Assembly: GCA_048061535.1 (NCBI GenBank) | Contig: JBGMRN010000005.1 | Coordinates: forward strand, 1-50,859 | DNA: 50,859 bases | Origin: Thermoanaerobaculales bacterium | GTDB lineage: Bacteria > Acidobacteriota > Thermoanaerobaculia > Thermoanaerobaculales > Sulfomarinibacteraceae | Direction of reading: 5' to 3' | Part shown: positions 19,091-28,970 of the stretch, piece after piece | Layout of the letters: each line of letters starts with the position of its first letter | Numbering within the stretch: the stretch's first letter is position 1 | The notes under the pieces: model-generated | Told to the model about the DNA's origin: nothing | Databases searched by the model: none | The model's input: the letters and a program-made list of their open reading frames with translations, nothing else | Made by a program: the position numbers and the translations under genes

Positions 19091-19651
19091 ATGGGGAAAT
19101 TGTCCATGATGACCCGGAGGTCAGTCGTGATCAGAAGATCGAGTCCACTGGCGCTCTTCGCAGCCATATTGCTCGGCTCGTGCACCTCCACGGTGGACCT
19201 CCAGGTGCGTGCCGAGTACAGCCGGACTGCGTCGTTTAACGAGTGGAAGACCTTCCGCTTCGCCAGTGGACCCTCGCGTTCCGGTCGGGGCCACTACCCG
19301 ATGTACGAACAGATAATCCGGTCAGCGATCGAGGAAGAGCTCACCGCGCGGGACTACACCAGGATCGAGGAAGGGGCTCCGGATTTTCGAGTCGCCTTCG
19401 AGCTGGTTTTTCGAGGAGATTCGAAGCCGCAGGTAACTCCGCAAACCAGCGGCGCCGAACCACAGGCCAAATCGTATGCCGGCGGGCGCCCGAGCGGCAC
19501 CCTGATCGTGAAGATGCTCGATCCATTGTCGGGTCAGGTCCTGTGGACCGGACAGATCTCGAATATTCAAATGAACGCCATTACCACGGAAAAAAAGCTG
19601 CGCAACGCGGTGTGGCGCGTTCTGGCGGAGTTCCCGCCGCTGACCAAATGA
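19091..19651 (+). CDS. Lipoprotein, DUF4136-like
   Basis: Signal peptide with lipobox LLGSC. Size and beta-rich composition resemble DUF4136. The family assignment is from memory only. Confidence 0.5.
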   Translation: MGKLSMMTRRSVVIRRSSPLALFAAILLGSCTSTVDLQVRAEYSRTASFNEWKTFRFASGPSRSGRGHYPMYEQIIRSAIEEELTARDYTRIEEGAPDFRVAFELVFRGDSKPQVTPQTSGAEPQAKSYAGGRPSGTLIVKMLDPLSGQVLWTGQISNIQMNAITTEKKLRNAVWRVLAEFPPLTK

Positions 19652-19682
19652 TCATGAACGTGGGCGGTTGGAGGGGACCCCG

Positions 19683-22289
19683 GTGAAGATGACCCCCATG
19701 CTCCGGCAGTACCTGAAACTCAAGGAGCAGGCCGGCTCGGCGCTTCTCCTCTACCGCATGGGGGACTTCTACGAGCTCTTTTTCGAGGATGCCCAGGTCG
19801 CTGCTCCGGTCCTCGGGATCACCCTCACCCGGAGACGTCAGAACGACTCGGTCGAGGCACCGATGTGCGGCGTTCCGCACCACGCCTTCGATGGGTATCT
19901 GGCCAAGCTCCTGGGCGCGGGGTTTCGAGTTGCGGTAGCCGAACAGGTCGAGGACCCTGCGGAGGCGAAGGGTTTGATCCGGCGAGAGATCATCCGCACC
20001 CACACTCCGGGGACAATCTCCGACACCGAGATCCTTGACGGATCCGAGCACTGTTTCCTGGCCGCGTGCGGCGGCTACGACGACGCCTTTACCCTCGCCT
20101 GGATCGAGGTCTCCACCGGAGCATTCGAGGGCATCCGATGCAGCAACCAACAGTCCTTGACCGAGCATCTGGCCCGCCTTCGCCCGCGCGAGCTCCTGGT
20201 GGCCGAGGACTGGGATGGCTGGCAGAGTCTCTGGCCTCCCGAACTCCCCAAACCAGTGCTGACGCCGGTCCCGGCTGAGAGCTTCTCTCCTTCAGCCGGC
20301 GAACTTCGCCTGCGGCGAGTCCTCGAGGTGAGCTCTCTGCGAGGCTTCGGGTTGGAAGCTGGCGAGGCGTTGGTCGGCATGGCCGGCGCTCTGCTCGGGT
20401 ACGTCGAGAATACCCAGCGAGGCGCGCTCAACCACGTCGGCGCCTTCGTCTGCCGCGATGGAGGCGACGCCCTCGAAATCGACAGGGCCAGCCTCCGAAA
20501 CCTCGAGATTGAGCGAACGGTCGATGGCGGGCGGTCCGGGTCTCTGGTCGACGTTCTCGACCACACCCTGACCCGCATGGGATCCCGCCTGCTTTGCGAC
20601 CGGCTGGTGAGGCCGAGTGTGGATCTGGAAGAGATCGACCACCGCCATCGAGCCGTCGCAGAGTTGGTGGACGACACCGAGTTGGTCGTGGGTTTGCGCG
20701 AGGCAATGGCCAAGGCGCCTGATCTGGAACGGCTCGCCGCCCGGGTCGGGCTCGCCCTGGCCACGCCGCGAGAATTGCAGAGCCTCCGTGCCGGCCTCGA
20801 CCTGCTGCCCGGCGTCAAGGAGGTCGTCCGCAACGCCACGTCGTCGAGGCTACGGCGTCTCGGCGACGATCTTGACCCCATGACCGATCTTGCCTCGATC
20901 CTCCACACCCGGCTGGCTGCGGAACCGGCCCAGGTCGCCGGCCAAGGAACGATCGCCGGGGGTTGGGACGCCGAGCTCGACGAGCAACGTAGCCTTGCCC
21001 GCGGCGGCAAAGAGCTGCTGGCCGGTATCGAGAGTCGGGAGCGGGAGCGCACCGGAATCAACTCACTCAAAGTGCGATACAACAGAGTATTCGGTTACTA
21101 CATCGAAATCAGCAAAAGCAACCTCGACCGGGTGCCGGAGGACTATGAGCGCCGTCAGACGCTGACGAACGCCGAACGATTCGTCACCCCGGAGCTCAAA
21201 GAGCTCGAAGGGCGCATCCTCTCTGCCGAAGAGCGCGCCACCTCCCGCGATCGTGAGTTGTACCAGGAGTTGGTCGACGGGCTGTCGTCTCACGCTCAGA
21301 GGGTCAGCGCAGCCGCGGAGGCGGTCGCACGGTTCGACGTACTCGCCGCATTCGCTGACCGTGCCCGGCGGTGGAACTACTGCCGCCCGGTGATGGTCGA
21401 AGAACCCGGCCTCTCGATTCGCGAAGGGCGCCACCCGGTGCTCGAGGAACTGCAGCGCGACCCGCCTTTCATTCCCAACGACTGCAACCTCGATCCGAAT
21501 TCGAGTCAGATTGTTCTTCTCACCGGGCCCAACATGGGCGGCAAATCGACCTATCTTCGACAGAACGCCTTGATCACTCTACTCGCTCATGCCGGGTCTT
21601 TCGTGCCGGCAGCGGAGGCGATCATCGGGTTGACCGACAGGATCTTCACCCGTGTGGGAGCTTCCGACATGCTCGCCCGTGGCGAGTCCACATTCATGGT
21701 CGAAATGACCGAGACCGCAAATATCCTCAACCACGCAAACCAGCGCTCTCTGGTGATTCTCGACGAGGTCGGCCGTGGCACCGCCACCTTCGACGGCCTC
21801 TCCCTGGCCTGGGCGATTGTCGAGTTCCTCCATGATCGAGAGGATCACGCTGCGTTGGTGCTCTTCGCCACCCACTACCACGAACTCACCGATCTCGGCG
21901 GAATGTTGCCACGTCTCGTCAACCGTTCGATGGCGGTGAAGGAGTGGCGCGGGTCGATTCTCTTTCTCCATCGGGTCACCGACGGACGGGCGGATCGATC
22001 CTACGGCATCCATGTGGCCCGTCTGGCCGGGGTCCCTGACGGAGTGTGCGACCGAGCCGAGCAGATCCTGGCCAACCTCGAACGCCACGAGTTGAATGTC
22101 ACCGGCGATCCAGTCATGCAGGCGCCCCCCGACAGCGATGCGGAGCGCATTCGGCAGCTTGCGCTTTTCCGTTCTCCGGTTGAGGAAGTGGCGGACCGCC
22201 TGCGACGTTTGCAACCCGACACCATGACTCCGCTCGAAGCACTCAGTTTCCTCGCTGAGTTGCGCGCCAAGGTCGAACGTGAAGACTGA
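19683..22289 (+). CDS. mutS: DNA mismatch repair protein MutS
   Basis: N-terminus TPMLRQYLKLK, Walker A GPNMGGKSTYLRQ, Walker B LVILDEVGRGTATFDG. GTG 19683 follows GGAGGGG (19669-19676). ATG 19689 or the track start 19668 (TTG) are alternatives. Confidence 0.93.
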   Translation: MKMTPMLRQYLKLKEQAGSALLLYRMGDFYELFFEDAQVAAPVLGITLTRRRQNDSVEAPMCGVPHHAFDGYLAKLLGAGFRVAVAEQVEDPAEAKGLIRREIIRTHTPGTISDTEILDGSEHCFLAACGGYDDAFTLAWIEVSTGAFEGIRCSNQQSLTEHLARLRPRELLVAEDWDGWQSLWPPELPKPVLTPVPAESFSPSAGELRLRRVLEVSSLRGFGLEAGEALVGMAGALLGYVENTQRGALNHVGAFVCRDGGDALEIDRASLRNLEIERTVDGGRSGSLVDVLDHTLTRMGSRLLCDRLVRPSVDLEEIDHRHRAVAELVDDTELVVGLREAMAKAPDLERLAARVGLALATPRELQSLRAGLDLLPGVKEVVRNATSSRLRRLGDDLDPMTDLASILHTRLAAEPAQVAGQGTIAGGWDAELDEQRSLARGGKELLAGIESRERERTGINSLKVRYNRVFGYYIEISKSNLDRVPEDYERRQTLTNAERFVTPELKELEGRILSAEERATSRDRELYQELVDGLSSHAQRVSAAAEAVARFDVLAAFADRARRWNYCRPVMVEEPGLSIREGRHPVLEELQRDPPFIPNDCNLDPNSSQIVLLTGPNMGGKSTYLRQNALITLLAHAGSFVPAAEAIIGLTDRIFTRVGASDMLARGESTFMVEMTETANILNHANQRSLVILDEVGRGTATFDGLSLAWAIVEFLHDREDHAALVLFATHYHELTDLGGMLPRLVNRSMAVKEWRGSILFLHRVTDGRADRSYGIHVARLAGVPDGVCDRAEQILANLERHELNVTGDPVMQAPPDSDAERIRQLALFRSPVEEVADRLRRLQPDTMTPLEALSFLAELRAKVERED

Positions 22290-23313
22290 AAACATGCCCA
22301 TGGTTGTGGGCCTTCCCGGCATCACGCTCACGCCCGGGGAGCGGGCGGTCCTGGAGCGGGTTCAGCCCGCGGGGGTGATTCTCTTCGCCCGCAACATCGC
22401 GTCGCAAGAACAAACCCGGGAGTTGACAGAGTCCCTGCAGGAGATGGAGACGCGCCCTTTCCTCGCGATCGACCTCGAGGGTGGAGTCGTCAACCGGCTT
22501 TCGGGATTGTGGGGAGAGCTTCCCACTCCGGCAGCGGCCGGCGCCGCCGGGCGCCGTGCGGTCCATGCGCTGGGGGAAGCAGCCGGGGCTGCGTGCCGAA
22601 ACCTCGGCATCCACCTCGACCTCGCACCGGTGGTCGATTTGAGACACCCAGACGGACTTCTTGGGCATCAGGGCCGCTGTTTCAGCGACGACCCCGAACG
22701 CGTTGCGATCATGGCGAGAATTTTCAATAAGGGTCTGGCAACCTGGGGTGTTACGGGTTGCAGCAAGCACTTCCCCGGCCTCGGCGCGGTCCCAACGGAC
22801 ACCCACCAAGAGCTGCCGCAGCTCGATCTCGACGAGCATGAGTTCGAACCCCACCTCGCGGTTTTCTCGGCATTGTCGCAGGAGATTCCGGTGGTGATGA
22901 TGGCGCACATGGTTGTTGCCGGACTCGGCGATGCCGAGCGACCTGCATCGCTCTCACGAACCATCGTGGAGCGGGCAGCGAACCTCCCGGGAGCGCCCGT
23001 CGTACTCTCGGACGACCTCGAAATGGGTGCTCTCGAACGCTTTGGAGATCTGCCGCAACGGGTGGAGGCGGCGGTTCGCGCCCGAAGTCACGGCGTACTT
23101 GTGTGCGCGTCTTTCGACCGGCTCGAAGAAATTGCGACTCACCTCACCGAGCTGTCGGCGACGGACTCAAACCTCGGCGCCGGGCTTTTCGAGATGGCAG
23201 CGCGGATGGGGACTCTCCGCCGCGACCTCTGTCAGCGCTGCGCCGCCATCCCCGCACCCGACGACACCACTGTCGAACAACTGTGGGAGCAAGCCCGCCG
23301 CGAAGCGGGCTGA
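22279..23313 (+). CDS. nagZ: Beta-N-acetylhexosaminidase (GH3, NagZ-like)
   Basis: 344 aa: GVILFARNI...IDLEGG...KHFPGLG. The GTG 22279 start overlaps the mutS stop. ATG 22294 is an alternative start. Confidence 0.8.
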   Translation: MKTENMPMVVGLPGITLTPGERAVLERVQPAGVILFARNIASQEQTRELTESLQEMETRPFLAIDLEGGVVNRLSGLWGELPTPAAAGAAGRRAVHALGEAAGAACRNLGIHLDLAPVVDLRHPDGLLGHQGRCFSDDPERVAIMARIFNKGLATWGVTGCSKHFPGLGAVPTDTHQELPQLDLDEHEFEPHLAVFSALSQEIPVVMMAHMVVAGLGDAERPASLSRTIVERAANLPGAPVVLSDDLEMGALERFGDLPQRVEAAVRARSHGVLVCASFDRLEEIATHLTELSATDSNLGAGLFEMAARMGTLRRDLCQRCAAIPAPDDTTVEQLWEQARREAG

Positions 23314-23331
23314 CGCCGCCCTGCGGCGAGT

Positions 23332-23440
23332 TAGGAATCAGGAATTTTCGAAGCAGCGCGCCCCAACGCGAGTAACCCGCCCCAGTACAACGATCACCTC
23401 CCCGCGCCGAAAATTCCGAATTCCTCATTCCTCATTCCTA
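23332..23440. repeat. Inverted pair of heptad arrays (GGAATNA subfamily) flanking a ~40-nt GC-rich core
   Basis: Left: TAGGAATCAGGAATTTTCGAAGCAGCGCGCCCC. The right arm reverse-complemented reads TAGGAATGAGGAATGAGGAATTCGGAATTTTCGGCGCGGGG. Confidence 0.85.
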
Positions 23441-23462
23441 ATTTTCTTGGCACAATGCACCA

Positions 23463-24155
23463 GTGAACAAGCCGACTCCTGCCGTCGTCCTTCTCTCCGG
23501 TGGCCTGGATTCCGCGACCGTGCTGGCGATCGCCCGTGCCGAGGGTTTCGAGTGCCACTGTCTGACCGTGGACTACGGCCAGCGCCATCGGCTGGAGCTG
23601 GAGGCGGCGCGCCGCGTGGCCGACGCCCTCGGCGCCGAATCCCACAGAGTGGTGGAGGTGAACCTGCGCGCGATCGGCGGCTCCGCCCTGACCGACGAAA
23701 TCGATGTCCCCAAGGAGGGCGCCCCATGTGCGGCAGGGATCCCGGTAACTTATGTCCCTGCCCGCAACACGATTTTCCTCGCCCTGCTTCTCGGGCTTGC
23801 CGAAGTGGTGGGCGCGCAGGAACTTTTCATCGGCGCCACCGCGGTCGACTACTCCGGATACCCCGACTGCAGGCCCGCCTTTCTTGAATCTTTCGAGGCG
23901 CTCGCCCGTCAGGCTACAGTCGCCGGCGCGGAGGGCGGAACGCGTTTCCGAGTCCGAGCACCGCTGCTGCGCATGAGCAAGGGTGAGATCGTTCGTCGCG
24001 GAACCGCCATTGGGATCGACTACGCCCTGACCTGGTCCTGTTATGACCCTTCGCCCGAAGGCCTCGCCTGCGGCGGATGCGACTCCTGCATCCTGCGCCG
24101 GCGCGGGTTCGAGGAGGCGGGCATGCGTGATCCCATCCAGTACGCCCCTCCTTGA
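23463..24155 (+). CDS. queC: 7-cyano-7-deazaguanine synthase
   Basis: PP-loop [12 protein letters not shown] and C-terminal Zn-binding cysteines SCYDP...[13 protein letters not shown] start. Confidence 0.9.
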   Translation: MNKPTPAVVLLSGGLDSATVLAIARAEGFECHCLTVDYGQRHRLELEAARRVADALGAESHRVVEVNLRAIGGSALTDEIDVPKEGAPCAAGIPVTYVPARNTIFLALLLGLAEVVGAQELFIGATAVDYSGYPDCRPAFLESFEALARQATVAGAEGGTRFRVRAPLLRMSKGEIVRRGTAIGIDYALTWSCYDPSPEGLACGGCDSCILRRRGFEEAGMRDPIQYAPP

Positions 24156-24184
24156 GCCCCGTCCGCTCCCGTCTTCAGATGCAT

Positions 24185-24266
24185 CCTTGTGCTCCGCGCC
24201 CCTCGGGTCGGAAACCCAACTGTACACGGCGCCTCGCCGCCCTCGCGACGAAATCTGGTGAGCTCC
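24185..24266 (-). repeat. Palindromic repeat, partial copy E (one arm)
   Basis: The reverse complement reads CTCACCAGATTTCGTCGCGAGGGCGGCGAGGCGCCGTG...GGGTTTCCGACCCGAGGGGCGCGGAGC, matching the left arm of copies A and B. Confidence 0.6.
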
Positions 24267-24344
24267 CACAGCCCCTACGACGACGAGCCCTGGATTTCGT
24301 GTGCCAAACGGAGGCTGCACCTACATGAAACATTGCCTTGACTT

Positions 24345-24367
24345 CGCTACGACAGAAGTGCGGGCTA
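24345..24367 (-). repeat. Isolated repeat terminus overlapping the feoB stop codon
   Basis: The minus strand reads TAGCCCGCACTTCTGTCG. The TAG is the feoB stop, and GCCCGCA matches the repeat terminus. Confidence 0.4.
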
Positions 24368-26284
24368 GGCGAAGAGGGCATATCCGATCCGGGCGATGAC
24401 GCCGACGACAACCGCCACCGAAATCGAGAAGGCGGCGATCCACCCGGTGTCCCGCCATCCCAGCTCCTTCGCCATCACGGCGATGGTCGCCACGCACGGA
24501 ACGTAGAAGACGACGAAGAGGGTGAACGTGAACAGCTGCCCGTTGGTCATCACGGTTTGCAGCTGGGTGGTTCCCAGGGCCTGAACCAACATCACCAGGG
24601 TGAGCTCCTTGCGCAGGATCCCGAAAACCAGGGTCATGCCGACTGCAACCGGCAACCCGAGGAGGGTCACGGTGAGCGGCGAAAGCAGCAGGTTGACGGT
24701 ATCGGCGGCGCCAGCCCACTCGAGGAGACCCAGGACCACCGACGACACGACCAGAAGCGGCCACGCAATGGTGATGAACTCCTTCAGAGTGAGCCATGTC
24801 TTGGCCGCCATGGTTTTCGGTTGGGGAAGCCGAAGCTCCGGGATTTCCAAGATCAGGCCCGGCGATCGTCCCTTCATTGTGCGCGCCAGAATGTTGCCGA
24901 GTAGCACCACCAAAACGATGTTCAACAGATAGACAAAGAGCGCCCACCAGGGGCCCATGAGGGCCGCCACCAGCCCGAAAATGACGATGGTGCGCGCCGA
25001 GCACGGAATGAACGACGCCAGTACCGCCGTAATCCGGCGGTCCCGACGCGATTCGAGGATGCGGGCCGACATGATGGCCGGAACCGAGCACCCATAGCCG
25101 AGAATCAGGGGCAGAACCGACTTGCCGTGAAGTCCGATGCGGTGCATGAAGCTATCCAGGATGTACGCCATGCGGGGCAGATAACCGGTGTCCTCGAGGA
25201 TCGCCAGGCCGATCAGGAAGGGAATCAGATAGGGCAGCACCAGCGCCACCCCACCGGCGATTCCGGTGAGGGCTCCGCTGACCACCGCGCCGGCCAGCGA
25301 ATCGGGCGGGAGCCGTGACGCCAGCGCCAAGTCGAGCCTCTCGGTCAGGACCCTCAGTGGCGCCTCCAGGCGCTGGCCCACCATGAAGACGAGCCAAAAC
25401 AGGGCGCCGAGGATTGTCACCATCAGCGGCCCCCCGGTGACCGGGTGGAGGAGCAGCCGGTCAACCCAATCCCGCCATCCGATCTTCGGACGGCGCATGG
25501 TGACCACGTGATCCTCCAGCCGATGAGCCACCGCGTGGCGGCTCCCGGATATCACTTGGTCCGCACTCCAACCGTGAACATTCTGGAGATCGGCCACCAC
25601 CGTCGACACCTTGGTCTTGAGCTGCGGTCGGGCGGCGTAGACTTCGGCTTCGAAGTGAGGATCCCGCTCGATCAGCTTTTCGGCGGTAAAGCGCCGCGAA
25701 GTCGAACCCTCCTGTCCACTCTTCGTCAACAATCCCGCCACCAGCTCGATCGCGTCCTCGACTTGCCGATCGAGGGCGAGCGGCCGGCTCGGTCGGCCCG
25801 TATGGACTTGCTGCAAGGCGCCCCGAAAGAGCTCGCGCAGACCGCGCCCCTGTCTGCCGATGGTCGGTACCACCGGGATTCCGAGCTCGATCTTGAGCGC
25901 CTCGTGATCGACCTCGATACCTCGACGGGTTGCCTCATCCATCATGTTGAGGGCAACGATCATCGGCCGCTCGAGCTCGAGCAGCTGTAGCGTCAGCTCG
26001 AGCGAACGCCCCAGCCGGCTGGCATCCATCACGTCGATGATGAGGTCGTAGGCCTCCTCGAGAAGGAAACGTTCCGCCTCTCCCGCAGTTTCTTCAGAGG
26101 ACGTCAGAGAGTAGATGCCTGGGAGGTCGATCACCGAGACCTCTCGGCCCAGAATCAGCGCGCGGGAAACGGTGAAGGTAACCGACGAACCCGGAAAGTT
26201 CGCGGTCGCCGCCCGGTAGCCCGCCACCGAGTTGAAGATCGTGCTCTTTCCGGAGTTCGGCTGTCCGGCGAGGACAAACTTCAT
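24365..26284 (-). CDS. feoB: Ferrous iron transporter FeoB
   Basis: 639 aa with N-terminal G-domain GQPNSGKSTIFN, DLPGIYSL and a polytopic C-terminal permease. Confidence 0.92.
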   Translation of the reverse strand: MKFVLAGQPNSGKSTIFNSVAGYRAATANFPGSSVTFTVSRALILGREVSVIDLPGIYSLTSSEETAGEAERFLLEEAYDLIIDVMDASRLGRSLELTLQLLELERPMIVALNMMDEATRRGIEVDHEALKIELGIPVVPTIGRQGRGLRELFRGALQQVHTGRPSRPLALDRQVEDAIELVAGLLTKSGQEGSTSRRFTAEKLIERDPHFEAEVYAARPQLKTKVSTVVADLQNVHGWSADQVISGSRHAVAHRLEDHVVTMRRPKIGWRDWVDRLLLHPVTGGPLMVTILGALFWLVFMVGQRLEAPLRVLTERLDLALASRLPPDSLAGAVVSGALTGIAGGVALVLPYLIPFLIGLAILEDTGYLPRMAYILDSFMHRIGLHGKSVLPLILGYGCSVPAIMSARILESRRDRRITAVLASFIPCSARTIVIFGLVAALMGPWWALFVYLLNIVLVVLLGNILARTMKGRSPGLILEIPELRLPQPKTMAAKTWLTLKEFITIAWPLLVVSSVVLGLLEWAGAADTVNLLLSPLTVTLLGLPVAVGMTLVFGILRKELTLVMLVQALGTTQLQTVMTNGQLFTFTLFVVFYVPCVATIAVMAKELGWRDTGWIAAFSISVAVVVGVIARIGYALFA

Positions 26285-26562
26285 TGTCGCTCGGTCTCGC
26301 AGCTCCCATCAGACGCCGAGAGCGTCTCGATCTGGCCGTCGATCTCCACCTTCACCTTGGAGGCAATCCCTCGACCGAGCGCAAGGCGGGAGCCGCTGAC
26401 CTCCACCAGCACCGGGCCATGAAACGGCGCCCGCTCGACGACGGTCAACCAGTCGCCGATGTGGATGCCGAGAATATTGAGGTGAGCCCGCACCCGGTGA
26501 CCACCATCGATCTGGATCACCTTGGCTTGACGCTTCACATCCACAGTATCGAGAGCCATCAT
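26281..26562 (-). CDS. feoA: FeoA-domain protein
   Basis: SH3-like FeoA core (VIQIDGGHRVRAHLNILGIHIGDWLTVVERAPFHGPVLVEV). The stop overlaps the feoB start by 4 nt. The first ATG is 26562; the track ORF starts at TTG 26628. Confidence 0.65.
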   Translation of the reverse strand: MMALDTVDVKRQAKVIQIDGGHRVRAHLNILGIHIGDWLTVVERAPFHGPVLVEVSGSRLALGRGIASKVKVEIDGQIETLSASDGSCETERQ

Positions 26563-26707
26563 CGGGGCCGGCACCCTCCAGAGAGAGGATCTTATCCGAT
26601 TGCGAAAGGATTTGCTAACGACATTCAACTCACAGATTAGTGTTTCCCCAAGAGCAACTTAGCGCTCTCCTCCAAGGGTCTATTAGGCCATTGGTCGTTG
26701 CAGAATT

Positions 26708-26734
26708 GAGATCAATATCGAGAATCAATGATCG
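26708..26734. promoter_or_regulatory. Fur-box-like AT-rich site in the feoA / beta-propeller divergent region
   Basis: GAGATCAATATCGAGAATCAATGATCG can be read as GATAAT-like hexamers (GAGATC AATATC GAGAAT CAATGA TC). It lies upstream of feoAB and is one of very few AT-rich patches in the region. Confidence 0.35.
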
Positions 26735-26827
26735 CAAGACGCAGGACACCGAGGCGGGCACGGGAGAGGCCCAGGATATATACTGTGGATGTCCGCTCGA
26801 TACCTCGATCGATTGAGGAGGCCGGTC

Positions 26828-28912
26828 ATGACAAGGAGACGAGGCATAGTCCCTCTGTTGCAAGGGTTTTCGGCATCGCAGAATGCGCCTCGTTCGCGAT
26901 GTGCCGCCGGGAGGGGGTTTCCGTTCGGCCCTTTGCTGTTGTCGCTCTCGATGGCGATGCTTTCATTGACCGCCTCAGCCGTCGGCCCGACGAAGGAAAC
27001 ACCGGCGCCCCGAACTCCGGATCGCCGGGTCCGTCCGGTCGAACCGGCAACCCGCTCGACCGCCCTTCGGGCCCTTAATGACTGCGATGAGGTGCGTTCC
27101 TACTTGATCGAGGTTGCGGTCGAGCAGGTACTCGAGTATCGCTACAATTGGTGGATTATGGTGCCGTGGGCAGGCGGAGGGGACGGCCGCGACGAGGTGG
27201 CTGACGTGCCGAGCGACTACACAACCACCAACACGCAGGAGCAGGGCGTCGACGAGATCGACATCGTCAAGACCAACGGAACCCATCTGTATGCGGTCGA
27301 GGGCGATCGCCTGCACATTCTCAGATCCTGGCCGGCCGAAGCCACCGTCGAGCTGGCGACAGTCACGACCCCGGAATATTCGGAGGGGCTTTTTCTACGC
27401 AACAACCGGGTCCTGGTCGCGTCACAGGTATGGAACCCGGACGGCGACTTTCCGTATCCGTCGGGAGGAACCCGCCTCCAGCTGCTGGACGTGAGCGATC
27501 CGTCCGCTCCGACGGTGCTGCGCACCATCGACATCGAAGGCCGGCTGGCGGATGCTCGTCTCATCGACGGAGACCTCTACGCGGTCATCCGGTCGTACAT
27601 CGACCTCCCGAGCGAGCTCTGGGATCTGGCGTGGCGCGATGATCTCGGCCTGCCCGATCTTCCCTGGGACGCCGGCGACGAAGAACGCGAACGGATCCTG
27701 GCCGAGGCCCGCCTCATTTTCGAGCCGCTAGTGGCAGAGATCATGGCCGGTCATGAAATCGAAGAGATGCTGCCACGGCTCCGCGACCGCACCGAGGATG
27801 ACCCTGATGCCGCTTCACGGCAGCTGCTCGACTGTGGATCTCTATACAGACCCGAGCACACATCCGACTGGGCGGTGCTGTCGGTCCTCCACCTCAACCT
27901 CGACAACGACGGCCCGGTCAGCGCGACGGGCCTGGTCGCAGACGGATGGACAGTCTACGCGTCGGCGAGAAGTCTCTACGTGGCGCAGACGAGTGACTCC
28001 TGGTGGTGGGGTCAGGCGCCTGCCGAGATGACCACCTCGGTCCACAAATTCGAGCTCGATCCGTCCCTGCCGGAGCCGGTGCGGTACGTCGCATCGGGAA
28101 GTGTGGACGGATGGATTCTCGATCAGTTCGCACTCTCGGAGCACGACGGATATCTGCGCGTCGCCACCACCAAGTTCGACTGGTGGTGGGGCACCACGCC
28201 CGACGAGGAACAGGCGAGCTCGGTGACAGTCTTGGCCGACGATGGCTGGGGCAACCTCCGCCAGGTGGGGCGCGTCGGTGGTCTCGGACCCGGTGAGCGG
28301 ATCTTCGCCGTCCGATTCATGGGCGCCAAAGGCTATGTCGTGACCTTCGAACAGATCGACCCCCTCTACACCCTCGACCTGTCCGATCCGGCGCAGCCGA
28401 AGGTCGTCGGCGAGCTCAAAGTCACGGGTTTCTCCTCCTACCTCCATCCGATCGGCGACGACTGGCTGCTGGCCGTGGGCCAGGAGGCCGACGAGGAGGG
28501 CCGGGTGATCGGGCTCGCGGTCAGCATCTTCGACGTCCGCGACTTCTCGAACCCGAAGCTCGCCCACCGCTATCTGATCGAGGGCGACGACGACACCTGG
28601 TCGTGGTCCGAGGCGCTGAGCGACCACCACGCCTTCACCTATCACCGCGGGGTCCTTTCAATCCCGGCCTACATCAGTAGCGCCAAGGGACGTTTCAGCG
28701 GATTGCTCGTGCTGGCCGTGGACCCTGAGGACGGGATCCATGAGCTCGGGAGAATCGATCATCAGGACATGAGCGGAGCCGATCAAGACCCCTGGATGCG
28801 GCGGAGCGTCTACATCGAAGACGCCATCTACTCGCTGTCCTCGGCAGGGGTCAAGGTGAACAGTCTCGACAACCCCGCCGTCGAGCTGGCGGAGGTGGCT
28901 TTCGGGGAGTAG
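26828..28912 (+). CDS. Secreted beta-propeller domain protein (PF09826-like)
   Basis: Signal-like N-terminus (GPLLLSLSMAMLSLTASAVG). SGSVDGWILDQFALSEHDGYLRVATT, GFSSYLHPIGDDWLLAVGQE and SDHHAFTY resemble the Beta_propel family. ATG 26828 follows GAGGAGG (26815-26821). Confidence 0.65.
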   Translation: MTRRRGIVPLLQGFSASQNAPRSRCAAGRGFPFGPLLLSLSMAMLSLTASAVGPTKETPAPRTPDRRVRPVEPATRSTALRALNDCDEVRSYLIEVAVEQVLEYRYNWWIMVPWAGGGDGRDEVADVPSDYTTTNTQEQGVDEIDIVKTNGTHLYAVEGDRLHILRSWPAEATVELATVTTPEYSEGLFLRNNRVLVASQVWNPDGDFPYPSGGTRLQLLDVSDPSAPTVLRTIDIEGRLADARLIDGDLYAVIRSYIDLPSELWDLAWRDDLGLPDLPWDAGDEERERILAEARLIFEPLVAEIMAGHEIEEMLPRLRDRTEDDPDAASRQLLDCGSLYRPEHTSDWAVLSVLHLNLDNDGPVSATGLVADGWTVYASARSLYVAQTSDSWWWGQAPAEMTTSVHKFELDPSLPEPVRYVASGSVDGWILDQFALSEHDGYLRVATTKFDWWWGTTPDEEQASSVTVLADDGWGNLRQVGRVGGLGPGERIFAVRFMGAKGYVVTFEQIDPLYTLDLSDPAQPKVVGELKVTGFSSYLHPIGDDWLLAVGQEADEEGRVIGLAVSIFDVRDFSNPKLAHRYLIEGDDDTWSWSEALSDHHAFTYHRGVLSIPAYISSAKGRFSGLLVLAVDPEDGIHELGRIDHQDMSGADQDPWMRRSVYIEDAIYSLSSAGVKVNSLDNPAVELAEVAFGE

Positions 28913-28970
28913 ACAGGTCGCTGAGTATCGCACTCCGAGCGGCGCTTCAGTTCCTTCGACGGAGGTTGTG

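Noticed and set aside
23440-23462. preQ1 riboswitch expected upstream of queC.
   Set aside because: The short leader after the heptad array lacks the conserved preQ1-I/II core sequences, and there is no suitable small hairpin with an A-rich tail.
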